Source: an uncultured cyanobacterium (lineage in GTDB: Bacteria > Cyanobacteriota > Cyanobacteriia > Leptolyngbyales > Leptolyngbyaceae). From it: 64,000 nucleotides of DNA. Both the position numbers and the translations under genes were made by a program. Below, in pieces: positions 35,778 through 47,539 of this stretch. Under the pieces are notes generated by a model. That model did no database searches. It was given only the letters and a program-made list of their open reading frames with translations, and was not told where the DNA came from. The stretch is taken from assembly GCA_963766075.1 (NCBI GenBank), contig CAVYAN010000105.1, positions 1 to 64,000 of the forward strand, read 5' to 3'. Position 1 is the stretch's first letter; every line of letters starts with the position of its first letter.

Positions 35778-36614
35778 CTAGACATTCGCTTTTTCGTGCT
35801 CAACGACAAACACGTTGGAATAAAGGTTAGCGATGATTTGCTGCCCCTGTTGCGTCAAGGACAAATAGTAGAGTCCGTCCTTGATGTAGGGAAACACACC
35901 ATGCCAATAGAATTTGGGATAGTTGGCCCGCAAATCCCCTGGGTGCCGATAGCCCAGATGTTTGTTCACACCGGTTTCTTCAAATTCATAGTAGAGGGCG
36001 CTAATTTTTTTGAGATAGCGGGGATCGCTGAGTTGGCCAATCAGATCAGAGGCCCGCAGCAATCCTGGAAAATTTATCGTATCTTGGTGATCTTCTGCCG
36101 CTGGGACGGGGAAGCGGGTCAGTTCAATATTAGATTTGACCTGTTCGGCATTGATTAACTTGTGGCCGCCAAAGCGCTCGTCAATGAACAGTTTTGCGCG
36201 ATCGACGTGGTAGGGCGTCAGTCCAGCATCTGTGGCCCCACAGGGCAGTGTCACCATTTGCCCATCTCGGCCCGTGGCATATTGGCCATCTTTGTCCTGG
36301 CGACAGACGCCTTTCACATAGCCAATGTCATGGCACACCAAGGAAATAATGAAGTGCAGCCAGTCTTCACAGGAAACACCCCCTTCACGAATGTGTTTGC
36401 CCCGCAGGATTTCCTGCCCAACGAGGGTTACCAGGATGGAATGCTCGACATTGTGATAAAGCGCATCGCTATTGGCGATATTCTCCATGGCCATGCCACC
36501 AACCCAGGCAATGATGTCCTCATAGTTGGATTGATAGCCGCCGTAGGTGCGATGATAGCCCTCTTTGAGCTTCTGGACAAAATCTTCGATCAGCAGTTCG
36601 GTGGCATTAAACAT
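35778..36614 (-). CDS. HD-domain metalloprotein (Npun_R2479 family)
   Basis: DALYHNVEH, CHDIGY, YHVDR, ASDLIGQLSDP. Confidence 0.9.
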   Translation of the reverse strand: MFNATELLIEDFVQKLKEGYHRTYGGYQSNYEDIIAWVGGMAMENIANSDALYHNVEHSILVTLVGQEILRGKHIREGGVSCEDWLHFIISLVCHDIGYVKGVCRQDKDGQYATGRDGQMVTLPCGATDAGLTPYHVDRAKLFIDERFGGHKLINAEQVKSNIELTRFPVPAAEDHQDTINFPGLLRASDLIGQLSDPRYLKKISALYYEFEETGVNKHLGYRHPGDLRANYPKFYWHGVFPYIKDGLYYLSLTQQGQQIIANLYSNVFVVEHEKANV

Positions 36615-36872
36615 AGCGATGGCATATGGGGATATTTAACAAGGGCATTCAGCAAGGGCATGAAGGGAGGGAGTGTGAGCAGGGGCAGCGATGGGGCGAA
36701 GCTATCCTCTTAATCATATCGAAGCTTAGTTTTCCCGCCGTTCTTGCCGCACCAAACATCTAAAAGTGTTCCAAAAATCAATAGCCGCATTGTCCCACAT
36801 CGCTTCAAGAATCTTGGTGGGGGGAAGCCCCCCAAGGGCAGATAATAGACTCTGTATCAGCTGCGATGGGAG

Positions 36873-37622
36873 GTGTCTGCCATGGGTTTAAACCGTCGAG
36901 AATTGCTTTATCTGCTGGGGGGCACAACGGGGGCGATCGCCACAGGCATTTTGGCTCCGCCGCCGCTGTGGGCCGCCGAATCGGTAGAGCCCACGGTGGC
37001 ACCGTCCTTTACGGTGCCGCCACTCGCCTACGCCTACAATGCCCTAGAACCGCACATTGACGCCCGGACCATGCAGATCCACCACGATCTGCACCATGGA
37101 GCCTATGTCAAAAACTTGAATGCCACAGTAGCCAAATATCCTACGCTACAGGGCAAAAGTGCCGAAGCGTTGATTCGGGATCTCAAGATCATTCCCGAAG
37201 AGGTGCGCAATGCTATCCGCAACAACGGTGGGGGACATGTTAACCACACGCTGTTTTGGGAGATTATGGGTCCCAATGGCGGGGGCGAACCCACCGGGGC
37301 CTTGGCCGATGCCATTGTTGCCCGATTTGGTAGCTTTGCCGATTTCAAGAAACAATTCAATGAAGCGGGTATGAAACGCTTTGGCAGCGGTTGGGTATGG
37401 CTCGTGCGCACCAAGATTGGCAAATTGGACATTATCAGTACGCCCAATCAAGACAGCCCGATCATGGTGAATGATTTTCCGATCTTTGGGAATGATGTTT
37501 GGGAACACGCCTACTATCTGCTTTACCAAAACAAGCGGGCCGATTATCTGAATGCCTGGTGGAATGTGGTGAACTGGGAGGCGGTGGGTCAGCGCTATGA
37601 GATCGCCACAAAGCTGAAATAA
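36873..37622 (+). CDS. sodA: Mn superoxide dismutase with Tat signal
   Basis: NRRELL signal; [15 protein letters not shown] (Mn-type), DVWEHAYY. Confidence 0.92.
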   Translation: MSAMGLNRRELLYLLGGTTGAIATGILAPPPLWAAESVEPTVAPSFTVPPLAYAYNALEPHIDARTMQIHHDLHHGAYVKNLNATVAKYPTLQGKSAEALIRDLKIIPEEVRNAIRNNGGGHVNHTLFWEIMGPNGGGEPTGALADAIVARFGSFADFKKQFNEAGMKRFGSGWVWLVRTKIGKLDIISTPNQDSPIMVNDFPIFGNDVWEHAYYLLYQNKRADYLNAWWNVVNWEAVGQRYEIATKLK

Positions 37623-37711
37623 ATCGGCAAGGCAGTTCCCTAACAGACCATCCATCTCTATAATGGAGAACTTGGGGATAGGGCTGTCCGACAGTTCAAA
37701 CCACCGAGGAT

Positions 37712-37782
37712 GCGGGTATAGTTTAGTGGCAAAATGAAAGCTTCCCAAGCTTTAGTTGCGAGTTCGATTCTCGCTACCCGCT
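37712..37782 (+). tRNA. trnG: tRNA-Gly(CCC)
   Basis: Acceptor GCGGGTA/TACCCGC, anticodon arm AAAGC-TTCCCAA-GCTTT, T-arm GCGAG-TTCGATT-CTCGC; CCA not encoded. Confidence 0.97.
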
Positions 37783-37786
37783 TAAG

Positions 37787-37830
37787 ACCGTAAACCCCCT
37801 GGAAGCCTTGGTTTCCAGGGGGTTTACGGT
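37787..37830. terminator. Long hairpin downstream of the tRNA (possibly bidirectional terminator)
   Basis: ACCGTAAACCCCCTGGAAGCC / GGTTTCCAGGGGGTTTACGGT. Confidence 0.75.
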
Positions 37831-37889
37831 TTCAATACTCCTTAGTCAGGAGTAAACAACCAACCCCCAGCCACCCTAACGCCGGGGCA

Positions 37890-40352
<2,463 letters not shown>

Positions 40353-40488
40353 GTACAAATCTCCTTTTGCGCCATATAGCGCCAGATAGCGAGGAACAGC
40401 AAAGGAGCATTCAGCGAACTATGCCCATGACGCCGTTAAGTTTTGTTTCGGTTGAACCTACTCTATCGTCAATATCTGTTGCCCCACA

Positions 40489-40504
40489 GTGTGGAGAGCC
40501 GAAT
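40489..40504 (-). promoter_or_regulatory. K-box-like motif upstream of clpC
   Basis: ATTCGGCTCTCCACAC, 23 nt upstream of -10 TAGAGT (40465-40460). Confidence 0.45.
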
Positions 40505-40837
40505 CTATCGAGACGGGATCGCCGATGGAGAAGCATGGTGCAGGAGACAGCGGGTAGAAGGGCAAAGAACTTTGGCAGTGTCAGAATTGGCAGGATCAGA
40601 AATTAACAGGTTCAGAAATTGCAGCGTCAAGCATAAATAGCAAAGACAGGCTCCCATATCCAACGGAAACCTGCCCAAGTTATGCCATCATCTTGTTCAA
40701 TTAGAGGCTGTGCACAGCCAGATAAGTGCTTTTCAGCATCTACCTGCTAATCCTGAGCGGCGAAAAATAGACTCTGCCATCATGCATCATCCCGTCCGCG
40801 TCATCATCCCCCATGGAGCAGCTAACCGCCCAGAGAG

Positions 40838-41542
40838 CTAGTAAGCACCATTACCATTGGGAAACAGCATCACACCGACCGTGCGAAGCACAATCCAGAG
40901 ATCAACACCAAAATTGCGAAAGTTCACGTAATACAAATCAATGAGTACCCGCTTGGGATAGGGCACGTCATTTCGGCCGGAAACTTGCCATAGCCCCGTA
41001 ATCCCAGGTCGAATACTGAGCACCCGGTCCACATGTTTGCCATACTTTTCCAGTTCCTCCACCACCACAGGACGCGGTCCAACCACGCTCATGTCTCCCC
41101 GCAGGACATTGAGGAACTGAGGAAACTCATCAAGACTCGTAATCCGGAGAAACCGGCCAATCCACGTTACCCTGGGGTCACGCTTCAGTTTAAAGGTGTT
41201 CTGAAATTCTTGGCGCAATCGCGGCGATGTTTCCATCAGTTCGGACAGAACTTCATCCGCATTTTGCACCATCGTCCGGAATTTGATGCAGCCAAACCGC
41301 TTGTAGTTCTTGCCCACCCGCTCCTGCACATAAAACACAGGGCCGGGAGAACTCAGGGTAATCAACAGAATTAGTGTTAAGTACACCGGAGAAAACAAAA
41401 TTAGGACTGCCGATGCAAAGAAAATATCGAACAGCCGCTTCGCAAGTTCACCATCCAACGTACTCACAACGGCAGGAAGAATTCCTCGCCGGATGAGTGC
41501 CCGGATCGTCTTGCCCGAAACCAGATGACTTTCGGCAGTCAT
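40838..41542 (-). CDS. Priming sugar (polyprenyl-phosphate hexose-1-P) transferase
   Basis: KRLFDI, KFRTM, DPRVT..GRFLR.TSLDE.PQ, GPRP, PGITGLWQVSGR; start MTAES with AAGGAG SD. Confidence 0.92.
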   Translation of the reverse strand: MTAESHLVSGKTIRALIRRGILPAVVSTLDGELAKRLFDIFFASAVLILFSPVYLTLILLITLSSPGPVFYVQERVGKNYKRFGCIKFRTMVQNADEVLSELMETSPRLRQEFQNTFKLKRDPRVTWIGRFLRITSLDEFPQFLNVLRGDMSVVGPRPVVVEELEKYGKHVDRVLSIRPGITGLWQVSGRNDVPYPKRVLIDLYYVNFRNFGVDLWIVLRTVGVMLFPNGNGAY

Positions 41543-41685
41543 TGTACTCCTTAACAAAACCACACCACACGTCCTCATCATAAAGCCACTGACCCCATCT
41601 CCGCTGAAATTAGTTCCCAATCGCCTCAAGATTTCTGGAATCTTTATGCTAAATCTGGGGAGTTGGGGAAAAAAGCAGGCAGTCT

Positions 41686-41712
41686 GTAACACAAATTACA
41701 AAAATTGACAAA
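41686..41712. promoter_or_regulatory. NtcA-like box overlapping an HLR1-like direct repeat
   Basis: GTAACACAAATTAC fits GTA-N8-TAC; ATTACAAA-aa-TTGACAAA has a 10-bp period. Confidence 0.4.
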
Positions 41713-41771
41713 CTCCAGCCCTTCGATCTGGCCTTAGACCAGCCCGAGTCCTTTACCGGCGTCAGCAACAG

Positions 41772-42929
41772 TCAATCGGAGAGATCCATCTGATCTTGAA
41801 AGTCCTGATACTTTTGTTCCAGAAAAGCCAGGTATTTTTGCTGAAATACTTCTGGGCGAAAGGAGAGGGCATGCGATCGCACCGCTTCGGGATCAATTTG
41901 CCCCTGATGCTGCTCGAACTGGGCGATCGCCGCTACCAAAGCCGCCTCGGTCTGGGTCGGAAACAGAATTCCTGTGCCGGTCGCCCCATGCCGACGCACA
42001 TCCCGCACCGTTTCCGCCGTACCGCCTACACCATAGGCAATCACCGGAGTGCCACAGGCTTGAGCCTCCACGGGTGCAATCCCAAAATCCTCAAAGGCCG
42101 CATAGACAAACGCCTTGGCCCGCTGCATATACTGCTGCACCACGGCATCCGGTTGCCAACCCAAAATCTGCACCGTGGGACCGGCCAGGGCTTGAAGGGC
42201 CTGTAGCTCTGGGCCACTGCCAATTACCACCAGCGATCGCCCCGCCTGGTTGAAGGCCCGCACAATCAAGCCAATCTGCTTATAGCTCACCAAGCGCGAC
42301 ACCGTAAGGTAAAAGTCGTCCTTTTGCGCCTGGAACAGAAAGCGCTCCACAGCCACAGGCGGGTAAATCACCTCTGCTGGCCGTCGATAAAACCGCCGAA
42401 TCCGGCGGGCCGTATTTTTAGAGTTGGCAATAAAGTAGTCCACCCGATTCGCCGACAGCACGTCCCACTGCCGCAGGCGATGCAGCAGATAGCGCGTTAG
42501 TATCCCCGGCACCCCCCGTCCAGCCTGACTATTGGCGAGATAATCAAAGGTCAAGTCCCAGGCGTAGCGCATGGGCGCATGACAATAGCACACATGCATT
42601 TGCTGCGGCCCCGTAATCACGCCCTTCGCAACGGCGTGGGAGGACGACAGCACCACATCATACTGCCGCACATCCAACTGCTCGATCGCCAAGGGCAATA
42701 GTGGCAAATACTTTTGCACGCCCTGCCGTGCCCCCGGAAACTGCTGCAAAAAGGTAGTTCCAATATTTCGCTTGTACAAATAACTGTCTGGATTAGTTGA
42801 CTCAAAATCAATCAACGCATACAGATCGGCGGGCACATGCTTGAGAATTTCCTGCACCACCAGTTCGGAGCCGCCGGTGGCGATCGGCGTCAGCCACTCA
42901 TGCACCAAGGCGTACTTTAAATTTTTCAT
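41772..42929 (-). CDS. Glycosyltransferase family 4
   Basis: ALVHEWL..GGSE, CYCHAPMRYAWD, EDFGIAPVEAQACGTPVI. Confidence 0.92.
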   Translation of the reverse strand: MKNLKYALVHEWLTPIATGGSELVVQEILKHVPADLYALIDFESTNPDSYLYKRNIGTTFLQQFPGARQGVQKYLPLLPLAIEQLDVRQYDVVLSSSHAVAKGVITGPQQMHVCYCHAPMRYAWDLTFDYLANSQAGRGVPGILTRYLLHRLRQWDVLSANRVDYFIANSKNTARRIRRFYRRPAEVIYPPVAVERFLFQAQKDDFYLTVSRLVSYKQIGLIVRAFNQAGRSLVVIGSGPELQALQALAGPTVQILGWQPDAVVQQYMQRAKAFVYAAFEDFGIAPVEAQACGTPVIAYGVGGTAETVRDVRRHGATGTGILFPTQTEAALVAAIAQFEQHQGQIDPEAVRSHALSFRPEVFQQKYLAFLEQKYQDFQDQMDLSD

Positions 42930-43045
42930 CGAACCCCTTTCCATCGAACCCCTTTCTATCCCACCGGGCCTTGCACGCTAAAGCAAAGCATGCGCTTCCT
43001 ATAAACCTATACCCTTAGCCCTGGGCACAGGCCGCCAGCCGGGAC

Positions 43046-43162
43046 AAAAAAAAGACCAACCTTCCGGCTGGCCCCCAAAAATGTTGTTCTCTCAAATGGA
43101 GGCACCACTTGCGCGTTCCCAAACGAGCAGCTGGCTAACCAGAATATCCAGTTCCCCCGGCT
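43046..43162 (-). ncRNA. Candidate NtcA-repressed sRNA (NsrR1-like)
   Basis: Extended -10 TGT-TACGAT, anti-SD GCCTCCAT, terminator GGGGGCCAGCC-GGAA-GGTTGGTC-U8; no ORF. Confidence 0.65.
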
Positions 43163-43169
43163 AAACATC

Positions 43170-43183
43170 GTAACAATAAATAC
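43170..43183. promoter_or_regulatory. NtcA box overlapping the sRNA -10 element
   Basis: GTAACAATAAATAC is a perfect GTA-N8-TAC. Confidence 0.7.
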
Positions 43184-43283
43184 AGATTCCTTGTTATGAA
43201 ACTTTACGGGTTTCAGGAATTTTTCTATCGAAATACCTTATGAGATACTTGACAATCAGCAAGATTAGCCTATGAAACCAAGC

Positions 43284-46200
43284 TCAGGCGATCGCCGAAT
43301 TCGCCATTGCGGCATACTGCTTCAGCGCAATTTTGAGATACTGCCCTGTAAATGACTGGGGATTCTGGGCCACATCCTCTGGCGTGCCAAAGGCAACGAT
43401 TTCTCCGCCGCGATCGCCCCCCTCCGGGCCTAAATCAATCAACCAATCACTACAGCGAATCACGTCCATATTATGTTCAATCACCAAAATGGAGTTGCCC
43501 TTGTCAACCAACCGCTGCATCACATCCAACAACTTATGGACATCATAAAATGACAAACCAGTCGTCGGTTCGTCAATTAAATACAGCGTTTTTCCCGTCG
43601 CTCGTCGAGACAATTCCGTCGCCAACTTGACCCGCTGCGCCTCACCACCCGACAGCGTAGGAGCCGTTTGTCCCAGACGCACGTAGCCCAAGCCCACATC
43701 GGATAGGGTTTGCAATTTCACCGCGGCTTGGGGAATGTTTTGGAAAAAATCTACGGCTTCATCAACGGTCATATCCAAAACATCAGCGATGGATTTACCC
43801 TTAAACTTCACCTGTAACGTCTCCCGGTTATAGCGCGCCCCCTTGCAGACTTCGCACTGGACATAAACATCCGGCAGGAAGTTCATTTCAATCACATTAA
43901 CACCCTGACCACCACAGGCTTCACATCGTCCACCCTTGACGTTAAAGGAAAACTGCCCCGGCTTGTAGCCCCTAGCCTTGGCCTCGATCGTGCCGGAAAA
44001 CACATCCCGGACAATATCAAATACACCCGTATAGGTGGCGGGATTAGAGCGGGGCGTGCGGCCAATCGGGGACTGATCAATGACGATCGCCTTATCCAGG
44101 GCATTCAGCCCAGTCAGTTGATCCATGTGTTTGGGTAGGGGAACCTTACTGCCAAAGTGATGTTGCAGAGAGGGGTAAAGCAGTTCATTCACCAGCGTTG
44201 ATTTCCCGGAACCCGACACTCCCGTAATGCAGACCAGCTTGCCCAGGGGGATTTCCACATCGATATGCTTGAGATTATTGCGGTGGGCATTTTGGATGAT
44301 CAGCGATCGCCCATTACCCGGTCTGCGTCCCGCCGGAGTCAGAATCACTTCCCGTCCAGAAAGATACGCCCCAGTCAACGATTCCGGTGCATTTAAGACA
44401 TTTTCTAGACTACCCTGGGCAATAATTCGGCCCCCATGCACGCCCGCCCCTGGCCCAATATCCACCACATGATCCGCCGCTCGCATGGTTTCTTCATCAT
44501 GCTCAACCACAATTAACGTGTTGCCCAAGTCCCGCAACTTGATCAGCGTATTCAGCAGCCGCGTATTGTCCCGTTGGTGCAGCCCAATGCTGGGCTCATC
44601 TAAGACATACAGCACGCCCGTTAATCCAGACCCAATTTGGGTGGCTAGACGAATCCGCTGGGCCTCCCCACCCGAAAGCGTCATCGCCGCCCGATCGAGG
44701 GATAAATAATCCAGCCCCACATCTAACAGAAACTGCAATCGGGCCTTAATTTCCCGGAGCACTAAGTCCGCAATTTGGGCCTGCCGCGAACTCAGATGCA
44801 GATCATTCACCCGATTTAAACATTCCCGGATCGAGACACTGGACAGCTCGTGAATGCGGTATTGGCCCATGCGCACCGCCAAGGCTTCTGGCTTCAGCCG
44901 CTTGCCACTGCACACGTCGCAGGGCTGCTCAACCAGATATTGCTCCATTTTTTGCTTCTGAGGATCGGACCCCGCTTCTTGATATTGTCGCTCCAGGATC
45001 GGCAGAATTCCTTCGTAGCGGCGGTTATAGCCTTTGTTCTCGCGATAGCGGGAATCCACTTCGATCCAAATGGGATCCTTGGAGCCGTGCAGCAAAACAT
45101 TTTGCTGCTCTGCGCTCAAATCTTTCCAGGCAGTTTTGAGGTCAAAGCCAAAGGCCGTGGCCACACTGAACAGTAGGGAAAGGTAGTAGGTATTGTCTTT
45201 ATCAGACCAAGGAGCGATCGCCGCGTACACGGGCAGCTCGGGGTTGGGAATCACCAGTTCTGCCGAAAACTTGCGATGGTAGCCCAAGCCGTGGCAAGCA
45301 GGGCAGGCCCCGTAGGGCGAGTTAAAGGAAAAGAGGCGGGGAGATAGCTCCTCCATCACAGCCCCATGGTCTGGGCAGGCAAAGTTTTCAGAAAATACCA
45401 ACGGCGAAACGGGCTTGTCCGGGGATTGGTCCGGCGTGGTGAAAGACTCTGCCGTTTTAGCCAATCCATAGTCGCCGCCCTTTTCGGCGGCCTTTAGAGA
45501 CTTACGATCCGACAGTTCGATCACTTTGCCTTTTTCAGCGGATCGCGCCGACGGCGTTTCATCCGCAATAATATCGATCACGGCAATGCCTTCAGCATGG
45601 CGCAGACAAGTGCTGAGGGAATCGACCAGGCGTTCTTGAATATCGGCTTTTTTGACGAGGCGATCGACCACAATTTCAATCGTGTGGGTTTGGTTTTTAT
45701 CGAGCTCGATCGCATCACTCAGTTCCCGCACTTCGCCGTTAATCCGAACCCGCACAAACCCTTCGGCAGCAAGGCTGGATAACAGCTTTTTGTGAGTGCC
45801 CTTCTTGCCCCGCACTACCGGAGCCAGGATTTGAAACCGCGTGCGATCTGGCAATTCCATAATGCGATCGCACATTTGGTCAATGGACTGGGGCGCAATG
45901 GAGCGATCGCACTGGGGGCAATGCGGCTCCCCGGCCCGCCCGTACAGCAACCGCATATAGTCATAAATTTCTGTGACGGTGCCCACGCTCGAACGGGGAT
46001 TATGGGAAGTGGACTTTTGGTCAATGGAAATGGCAGGACTCAGTCCCTCGATCGCATCGACATCCGGCTTATCCACCTGACCCAAAAACTGACGGGCATA
46101 GGCGCTGAGGGACTCAACGTAGCGGCGCTGGCCTTCAGCAAAGATTGTGTCAAAGGCCAAGGAAGACTTGCCCGAACCGGATACACCTGTGAACACGATT

Positions 46201-46403
46201 AAGCGATCGCGCGGCAGTTCCAAGTCAATATTTTTCAGGTTGTGCTGCCGTGCCCCCCGAATGCGAATCATGTTCCGATCTGTATCCCGACCGGCTGGAG
46301 AAATATCCCCCCCAGTTTCTCCCACACTGGGGGGGATAGCTTGCGCGTCAGCCGCTTTCTTGGCGGAACTCCGATTACTTCGAGCATTCGCAGATTGGGG
46401 CAT
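43284..46403 (-). CDS. uvrA: Excinuclease ABC subunit A
   Basis: Two GVSGSGKS Walker A motifs, LSGGEAQR twice, Zn fingers; start uncertain. Confidence 0.97.
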   Translation of the reverse strand: MPQSANARSNRSSAKKAADAQAIPPSVGETGGDISPAGRDTDRNMIRIRGARQHNLKNIDLELPRDRLIVFTGVSGSGKSSLAFDTIFAEGQRRYVESLSAYARQFLGQVDKPDVDAIEGLSPAISIDQKSTSHNPRSSVGTVTEIYDYMRLLYGRAGEPHCPQCDRSIAPQSIDQMCDRIMELPDRTRFQILAPVVRGKKGTHKKLLSSLAAEGFVRVRINGEVRELSDAIELDKNQTHTIEIVVDRLVKKADIQERLVDSLSTCLRHAEGIAVIDIIADETPSARSAEKGKVIELSDRKSLKAAEKGGDYGLAKTAESFTTPDQSPDKPVSPLVFSENFACPDHGAVMEELSPRLFSFNSPYGACPACHGLGYHRKFSAELVIPNPELPVYAAIAPWSDKDNTYYLSLLFSVATAFGFDLKTAWKDLSAEQQNVLLHGSKDPIWIEVDSRYRENKGYNRRYEGILPILERQYQEAGSDPQKQKMEQYLVEQPCDVCSGKRLKPEALAVRMGQYRIHELSSVSIRECLNRVNDLHLSSRQAQIADLVLREIKARLQFLLDVGLDYLSLDRAAMTLSGGEAQRIRLATQIGSGLTGVLYVLDEPSIGLHQRDNTRLLNTLIKLRDLGNTLIVVEHDEETMRAADHVVDIGPGAGVHGGRIIAQGSLENVLNAPESLTGAYLSGREVILTPAGRRPGNGRSLIIQNAHRNNLKHIDVEIPLGKLVCITGVSGSGKSTLVNELLYPSLQHHFGSKVPLPKHMDQLTGLNALDKAIVIDQSPIGRTPRSNPATYTGVFDIVRDVFSGTIEAKARGYKPGQFSFNVKGGRCEACGGQGVNVIEMNFLPDVYVQCEVCKGARYNRETLQVKFKGKSIADVLDMTVDEAVDFFQNIPQAAVKLQTLSDVGLGYVRLGQTAPTLSGGEAQRVKLATELSRRATGKTLYLIDEPTTGLSFYDVHKLLDVMQRLVDKGNSILVIEHNMDVIRCSDWLIDLGPEGGDRGGEIVAFGTPEDVAQNPQSFTGQYLKIALKQYAAMANSAIA

Positions 46404-46521
46404 ACAGGCAACAGGAAACAAGTCTTAATGATTCTATCGCTCCTAGAGGCTGATCACCAGTATTAACGATCTAGAGCAGGCCAGTATTAAGGATCTAGAG
46501 CAGGACGGGCAGAGTTCTCCT

Positions 46522-47082
46522 TCAGCCTGCCTGTACCCGAGCCAGGGGCGTGGGCAATCCATCGATACTAACGCGATTGTTCTGGCGATGATAGTCCTGT
46601 AACCCAGCGGCTCCTTTCTGGGTCGCCCAAGTGACCAAGCCTTCGCGCTGTGTCACGGGTTCGTAAAGGGGCACTCCCATGCCACAGGAAGTCTGGATAC
46701 GATCAAGATCAGCAACAATGATTTGCCGCGTCCCCGGCAGCAGTGTAAATTCCGCAGACAGGGCGTCCCACTCGGCATCCTCGGGCAAAACCGTGTAACC
46801 ACGGCCATACAGGCGCAAAATCTTGGGCGGTCCCTGAAAGGCACAAAACATGAGGGTAATCCGTCTATTTTCCTGTAAATGGGCAGAGGTTTCATTGCCG
46901 CTACCCGTCACATCGAGATAGGCCACGCGGGTGGGCGAAAGCATCCGAAAGCTATCAAAGCCCTTGGGTGACAGGTTGACATGTCCCGTAGAGCCGAGGG
47001 GCGCGGTAGCCACGAAAAACATCTGCTGAGCAGTAATGAAGTGGCAGAGATCGTCGGTGATGCGATCGAATAATTTGGCCAT
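46522..47082 (-). CDS. Pyridoxamine 5'-phosphate oxidase-like FMN-binding protein
   Basis: FFVATAP..VNLSPKG, GSGNET.AH, TSCG.GVP. Confidence 0.88.
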   Translation of the reverse strand: MAKLFDRITDDLCHFITAQQMFFVATAPLGSTGHVNLSPKGFDSFRMLSPTRVAYLDVTGSGNETSAHLQENRRITLMFCAFQGPPKILRLYGRGYTVLPEDAEWDALSAEFTLLPGTRQIIVADLDRIQTSCGMGVPLYEPVTQREGLVTWATQKGAAGLQDYHRQNNRVSIDGLPTPLARVQAG

Positions 47083-47172
47083 AGAAAATTCCCTAGAATT
47101 AACGGCACCAAACCCGTGAAGCTGTCCAAGGGGCGTCTTGCCGACTCAAGCGTTTTGATTCAAGCACTTAAA

Positions 47173-47442
47173 TCAAAATGCTTGAATCCATTCCTTGACG
47201 GTGTATTCGGTCCAAATACCGTTTTTCCAATAAGGATCCCCTTCGATCAGGTGGCGTACCGTCGCTTCATCGGCAGCGTCATAGAGGCCAAACACCTGGG
47301 TTAAATCCTGAGTGGGACCAATGGTGAGTAGCACACCCGTCGCTTTTTGCTGGGCCAGACCATCCAAGTGGGCTTGGCGATAAGGAACTCGCTTTTCCAG
47401 CACATCGTCACAATAACGGCCCCAAAGCACGTATTTTGTCAT
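47173..47442 (-). CDS. yciI: YciI family protein
   Basis: R.PYRQAHL, GPT, DPYW.NGIW; start MTKYV. Confidence 0.85.
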   Translation of the reverse strand: MTKYVLWGRYCDDVLEKRVPYRQAHLDGLAQQKATGVLLTIGPTQDLTQVFGLYDAADEATVRHLIEGDPYWKNGIWTEYTVKEWIQAF

Positions 47443-47539
47443 AGGAAACAAGGAGGGGGGTAAGAAATTAAAAAGGAAGAAGAGGAACAATCAAATCAAC
47501 AATTCCACGAGATAGGGATAGAGAGAATTTCCCCACCCC

